DNA of 60,694 nt from a virus (Duplodnaviria; Caudoviricetes), in the IMG/VR virus record IMGVR_UViG_3300044630_003799, positions 1 through 60,694 of that record; one strand, 5' to 3'. The notes under the pieces were generated by a model that saw nothing but the letters and a program-made list of their open reading frames with translations, was not told where the DNA came from and did no database searches. The position numbers and the translations under genes were made by a program. This document shows, piece by piece, positions 56,687 through 60,694 of this stretch (positions are counted from its first letter, which is position 1; every line of letters begins with the position of its first letter).

Positions 56687-57157
56687 TTATTCTTTATTTA
56701 GGTTTAGTTTGCGGAGTTCTTTATCGTCTACAAAAACAAAATCGTCCTTAATCTTTAAAGATTCGTGATGGGTTTTTTGCCAGCCTTTAACATTATAGCC
56801 AACATTTTCAGTCTTACCAGTAGTTTCACAAATATATCCGCTAAGATATTCAACAAATGATATCACTGCGGCAATATGTTCATCACCGCCGCTATAATAA
56901 AATCTAAGAGTTCTAAATTTTTCTTTTACTTGAAAAGCTTTAACTTGAGGTATCTCTTTATATTCTTCAGGATATTTATTAACCCAAGAATTATTGCTAT
57001 TGATATAATTTTGAATATATTGACTAAGGCGCACTAGTATATTAAACCAGCCATCGTCGCATTCAAAACCAAATAAAGTATACGGATGATTTTCCCCGCA
57101 ATTTGTGTAGATTTCAGGAAAAGTTTTCTGCAAATACTCTTCTCTTTCTTTTGTCAT
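56687..57157 (-). CDS. conserved phage hypothetical protein
   Basis: GFECDDGW...QVKEKF.TLRFY...ICE.TG motif. Confidence 0.65.
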   Translation of the reverse strand: MTKEREEYLQKTFPEIYTNCGENHPYTLFGFECDDGWFNILVRLSQYIQNYINSNNSWVNKYPEEYKEIPQVKAFQVKEKFRTLRFYYSGGDEHIAAVISFVEYLSGYICETTGKTENVGYNVKGWQKTHHESLKIKDDFVFVDDKELRKLNLNKE

Positions 57158-57159
57158 AA

Positions 57160-57567
57160 TTAGAATTTAATTTTCTTAGACTTTCTGCTGCAATTCCATG
57201 AGTCAGGCGCAAAATAAACTATCGCTTGATATTTCAGATTTTGAAAACAAACATAATCCATTTTCTTATTAAAATCATCGTAATCCAACTTAACTGAAAT
57301 ACGAGGATTCATTTGGCAATCGTCAATTTTATATGGGTAATCTCTAAACTCTAATTCTACGCCCACAATTTTATCGCTGCTGTAAGTAACGCAGCCTTGC
57401 GAAGCGTATTTGAGTTTATGGCTACCTGTTTTACTATTCCAATCAACGACAACAGCAACAAAGCCATTCTCCATTTCATAAGCGTCAAGAATTTTTGCGC
57501 CGAAACCAATTTTGGTGAGATGATCAATTTCCTGATCAATAAAACTGAACTCAAGGTATGCTCTCAT
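57160..57567 (-). CDS. hypothetical protein (leaderless)
   Basis: TTGACG-16-CATAAT-6-ATG. Confidence 0.55.
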   Translation of the reverse strand: MRAYLEFSFIDQEIDHLTKIGFGAKILDAYEMENGFVAVVVDWNSKTGSHKLKYASQGCVTYSSDKIVGVELEFRDYPYKIDDCQMNPRISVKLDYDDFNKKMDYVCFQNLKYQAIVYFAPDSWNCSRKSKKIKF

Positions 57568-57597
57568 GTGGGCATTATGGCAGAAATTTGCGAGTCG

Positions 57598-57930
57598 TCA
57601 AGAAATATCCTCAATCGTCACTTGACAATTTAAGAAGTCTTTTTTATTTAAAATAAACATATACTTTTCAAGATATATATATTCGCTAGTTTTATCGTTT
57701 AATTGTTTGTGAACATCGCTTACTATCAATCCCAAATTATTTTTAGCCTTATCTTGTAGGTCATTTATTTCATCAGGGTCGCTGGTTTGAATATTACAAG
57801 AAAAATCATTAGAATAAGACTTACCATTTTGAAGATATGTAATCTGTAAATTTACTTTTTTCTTATGTATTTTTGCATAAGTGGGGACAGACATGGCTGC
57901 AATTTTTGGGGTTTTTTTATTGAAGAACAT
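57598..57930 (-). CDS. hypothetical protein, paralogue of 59262..59639
   Basis: DVHKQLNDKTSEY...KKDFLN; likely start MFFNKK at 57930. Confidence 0.55.
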   Translation of the reverse strand: MFFNKKTPKIAAMSVPTYAKIHKKKVNLQITYLQNGKSYSNDFSCNIQTSDPDEINDLQDKAKNNLGLIVSDVHKQLNDKTSEYIYLEKYMFILNKKDFLNCQVTIEDIS

Positions 57931-57937
57931 ATTGTTT

Positions 57938-58297
57938 TTATTTTTTTTGCATGGCGAAGTCTTCAAGATCAACTTCAACGTATTCTATAATGCCAAGATT
58001 TTCAAGTTCATCTCTCAGTTTTTTAATTTCATCAGACGGAACATAAAAATAAGGATGTCTATTACTAGCATTTAAAAGATACTTATAGATAGACTCAGTA
58101 ATAATTTTACCATGAAAATGAAGCAAAAGAGCAGCTTTAGCAAATCCTTTATTGCGCCAAACTGTTTTTTTGCTGGCTGTAGTAATAAATTCGCCATTAA
58201 ATTTAATTCGACATGGACGAGTTCTTACGGTTTTAGGGAACTTTGCTTTTTCAAAAGTAGCATCAATTGCAGCAATGACTTCAGGAGGTATATTCAT
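57938..58297 (-). CDS. hypothetical protein
   Basis: packed ORF containing KTVW..KGFAKAAL. Confidence 0.55.
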   Translation of the reverse strand: MNIPPEVIAAIDATFEKAKFPKTVRTRPCRIKFNGEFITTASKKTVWRNKGFAKAALLLHFHGKIITESIYKYLLNASNRHPYFYVPSDEIKKLRDELENLGIIEYVEVDLEDFAMQKK

Positions 58298-58298
58298 A

Positions 58299-58730
58299 TT
58301 ACTTCTTAGTCACATATTCAAGGATATAAACTCGGGGAGCGAGTTTGATTTGAATGATTGTTTCAATATTGGGTTTTATATGCAAAAAAGTAACAAGACA
58401 AAACATGACCACAGAAAACATAAAACCAAGAGCCACTGGAACAATTTCTTCAGGATAATCAATCTCTGTATTTTTAATTTTTTTTAAGAGAAAACGAGCA
58501 ATGCAAAAAAGAACAATTGCTGCAATAGTATAGGCTACAACATTAAATATCGCCTCGCCCATTTTCCAAGACAGAAACTCTTGAACAACAATCGGGGCTT
58601 GTTCAACAGCAAAGTCAACAGCTTTTGCCAAGCCAACTTTACTTGTTGCGTACATTTCAGATCCAGCATCTTTGACTCCTTTGAGGACATCAATAAGAAT
58701 ACTATTTACGGTTTCTTGAGTGTTTGTCAT
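58299..58730 (-). CDS. membrane protein (two TM segments)
   Basis: EQAP.VVQEFL.W...IKLAPRVYILEY; promoter TTGACA-17-CATACT near 58792-58820. Confidence 0.6.
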   Translation of the reverse strand: MTNTQETVNSILIDVLKGVKDAGSEMYATSKVGLAKAVDFAVEQAPIVVQEFLSWKMGEAIFNVVAYTIAAIVLFCIARFLLKKIKNTEIDYPEEIVPVALGFMFSVVMFCLVTFLHIKPNIETIIQIKLAPRVYILEYVTKK

Positions 58731-58859
58731 TTTTAAGCTTTTTCTTTGCGATTTCGGATAATGGAAGAATCTTTTCTAACTGTCGGAGGGCAGTATGGTC
58801 GTCTTTCAGGGCATTGTCAAGGCGATCTTTCAAGGTGGCGAGCTTATTTTTTTCGCTAT

Positions 58860-59084
58860 TCATGTAATCAAACCGGGATAAGCATTAGGATGGGTATCTG
58901 AATAAATATGAATAATACCGTCCCAATCGCCAGAAATAAGCCCCGGTAGTCGAAGGTTTTCTTTCATGTCAACCACTTCATCAAATATATGGTGCATCCA
59001 TTCTTTTTCTGAATGATAAGAACCTTCAGTATAATATTTGCCGCTTCTTTTGAAGTAAGTTAGTTTAATTAGATGTTTCATCAA
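58860..59084 (-). CDS. small phage hypothetical protein
   Basis: LTYFK.SGKYY.EG motif. Confidence 0.55.
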   Translation of the reverse strand: MMKHLIKLTYFKRSGKYYTEGSYHSEKEWMHHIFDEVVDMKENLRLPGLISGDWDGIIHIYSDTHPNAYPGLIT

Positions 59085-59281
59085 TGTGCTTTTTGTAATT
59101 TATAATCAGGTATTTGTCCAGCCATCCAAAAAAAGTCTTCCTCAAAAGAATAATAAAAAGTCTGTTCAGTGACAGGATTGTAAGCTTCAATTACAATTCT
59201 ATCATTAATTTCGCGCTGCTTGCCACGAAATTCATATTGAGGATATTTCTTTTTTATTTCTTCAGGAACGTGGATGTTCAT
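59081..59281 (-). CDS. small hypothetical protein
   Basis: packed, overlapping ORF. Confidence 0.5.
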   Translation of the reverse strand: MNIHVPEEIKKKYPQYEFRGKQREINDRIVIEAYNPVTEQTFYYSFEEDFFWMAGQIPDYKLQKAH

Positions 59282-59639
59282 TTGTCTTTTTGTAATTATA
59301 TACTATTCTGGCGTTTACAAAATCGCTTTTCTTTAATAGCATTGATTCGCCGACACAAACATAATCGCTAGATTTGTCATTTAGTTTTTCATGAATGTCT
59401 TTTATGATTGCATTCAATATCTTAACTTGTTTTTCTTTGCTTTCGTTGAAAAGCTGTTCGTTTTCTGCTTTTATTGTATAATTAGTATTATAGATATACA
59501 ATTGTTTACCCAGTAAATATTCTATTTCTAATGATATTTTTACATAGTGCTGCTCAGGAAACAGTGTTTCAATTTTTGGCGTTTCGGGTTCCGAGGGTTT
59601 TTTCTTGAATATGTTTAATATGTTCATTTTATTCTTCAA
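59262..59639 (-). CDS. hypothetical protein, paralogue of 57598..57930
   Basis: DIHEKLNDKSSDY...KKSDFVN. Confidence 0.55.
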   Translation of the reverse strand: MKNKMNILNIFKKKPSEPETPKIETLFPEQHYVKISLEIEYLLGKQLYIYNTNYTIKAENEQLFNESKEKQVKILNAIIKDIHEKLNDKSSDYVCVGESMLLKKSDFVNARIVYNYKKTNEHPRS

Positions 59640-59877
59640 TTATTTCTGCGTCAAGTAAATCTGTTCCTAGGATATAAGGCAATGAAATGTATTGAGTGCA
59701 GCCTTCATAAGAGTTATTAGCTTCTTTAACCCATTTATCGCATTCTTCTTTAGAATTAAAACAAATAGTCATCATTCTTCCAGCAGCATAACCATATTTA
59801 CTATGCGGAGACCAACGGAGTTTTTTGAATTTAATAGTAGTCATGTTTTCTGCTTTATTAGGATGTTCAATAGACAT
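59629..59877 (-). CDS. small hypothetical protein
   Basis: 3' part of the 129-aa ORF call; start trimmed to avoid a long overlap. Confidence 0.4.
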   Translation of the reverse strand: MSIEHPNKAENMTTIKFKKLRWSPHSKYGYAAGRMMTICFNSKEECDKWVKEANNSYEGCTQYISLPYILGTDLLDAEIIEE

Positions 59878-60313
59878 AATCTGTATGATTGCACTTATTA
59901 CACTGCACACCTCGTTTAGGAGGATATGTCGCCAACATAGCATTAGGATTAGAATAAAACATTTCTTCTCCACACTTTGGACAAGCAAAGCCAGAGTTGA
60001 GATTATTGACTGCGGCAAAATTAATATATGCTTGTTTATTATGTTCCTCCAAAGACTTTAAACTCTTTTTTGGGACTTCTGTTTGCTTTCTAACATATTC
60101 CTCGACTTTAAGCAATCTCTCATATAAAGATGCGATTCTATTATGAGCGCACTTTAGCGTTTCGTGAAATCTATAACCTTCTCGCTTCTCTGTAATAGTG
60201 GGTGTTCCTCCTCGCTCGTCACTATAAAAACATCCACACCCGAAAAAAGAATGGTATTCGCCTTTTATCTCAAGTGAGCCACAATTTGGGCAGATTCTTA
60301 CATTGTTATTCAT
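59867..60313 (-). CDS. zinc-ribbon protein
   Basis: CPNCG, CGC, CPKCG and CNKC motifs. Confidence 0.55.
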   Translation of the reverse strand: MNNNVRICPNCGSLEIKGEYHSFFGCGCFYSDERGGTPTITEKREGYRFHETLKCAHNRIASLYERLLKVEEYVRKQTEVPKKSLKSLEEHNKQAYINFAAVNNLNSGFACPKCGEEMFYSNPNAMLATYPPKRGVQCNKCNHTDYVY

Positions 60314-60694
60314 ATTATTTTAATATAACGATTCTTACTTTAGCTACCTTTGTTTTCGAGTTGGTTAAAAAGTATCTAGTATTTGGTTTTTCTGTACTAA
60401 TATTAGTATTCATATTATTTATAATATGATTAGTTTAGTATATATTCTCTACGCACTGAATCAAATGAATAATCAAATTCACGCAATGGAGAATTCGGCA
60501 AAACAACAAGTTCATCGGTTTCTGTATTGTATCCGTGACTCACCATTTTGGTATTTGTTTCTTTATCAAGATAAGTAATTAGAATAATCATATACTTAGA
60601 CTACTCGTTCAACTTTTACCACACTTGTTTCAAATCTATGTTCCACATACTTAATTGCTTGAATCATAGTATCTGAAAAATGTTCAACAACCAA

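Overview
This window is a 60.7-kb segment of a large, AT-rich tailed phage genome (Caudoviricetes). 1-39 kb, all on the minus strand, is the late/virion region. In transcription order it holds PhoH, a phage sigma factor, an ERCC4-type nuclease, the large terminase, a probable portal, head-associated proteins, prohead protease/scaffold, head decoration and major capsid proteins, then three mosaic tail-fibre genes and six tandem LamG-like genes. Many of these genes have a GTGTAA motif just upstream. 39-48.4 kb is a distinct module of short genes (i-type lysozyme, Gp88-like, SprT-like protease, a very GC-rich DUF932-like gene) with strong, often leaderless sigma70-type promoters and intrinsic terminators. 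This module is divided every 1-2 kb by composite non-coding elements, the most unusual signal in the window. These contain (i) a ~48-bp inverted repeat AGA[G/C]TTGCAA-G-run/C-run-TTGCAA[C/G]TCTA, (ii) 13 sigma54-type -24/-12 boxes, mostly in head-to-head pairs, and (iii) CCWGG sites that always read CCTGG to the left and CCAGG to the right of the element. 48.4-60.7 kb holds a candidate structured RNA, an orphan LamG gene, RuvB, an AT-hook protein beside a repeat-rich putative origin, a methyltransferase bracketed by a duplicated promoter, purM and many small hypothetical genes. No tRNA, rRNA, CRISPR array, integrase or reverse transcriptase was seen. All protein calls come from motif recognition by eye, not from database searches.
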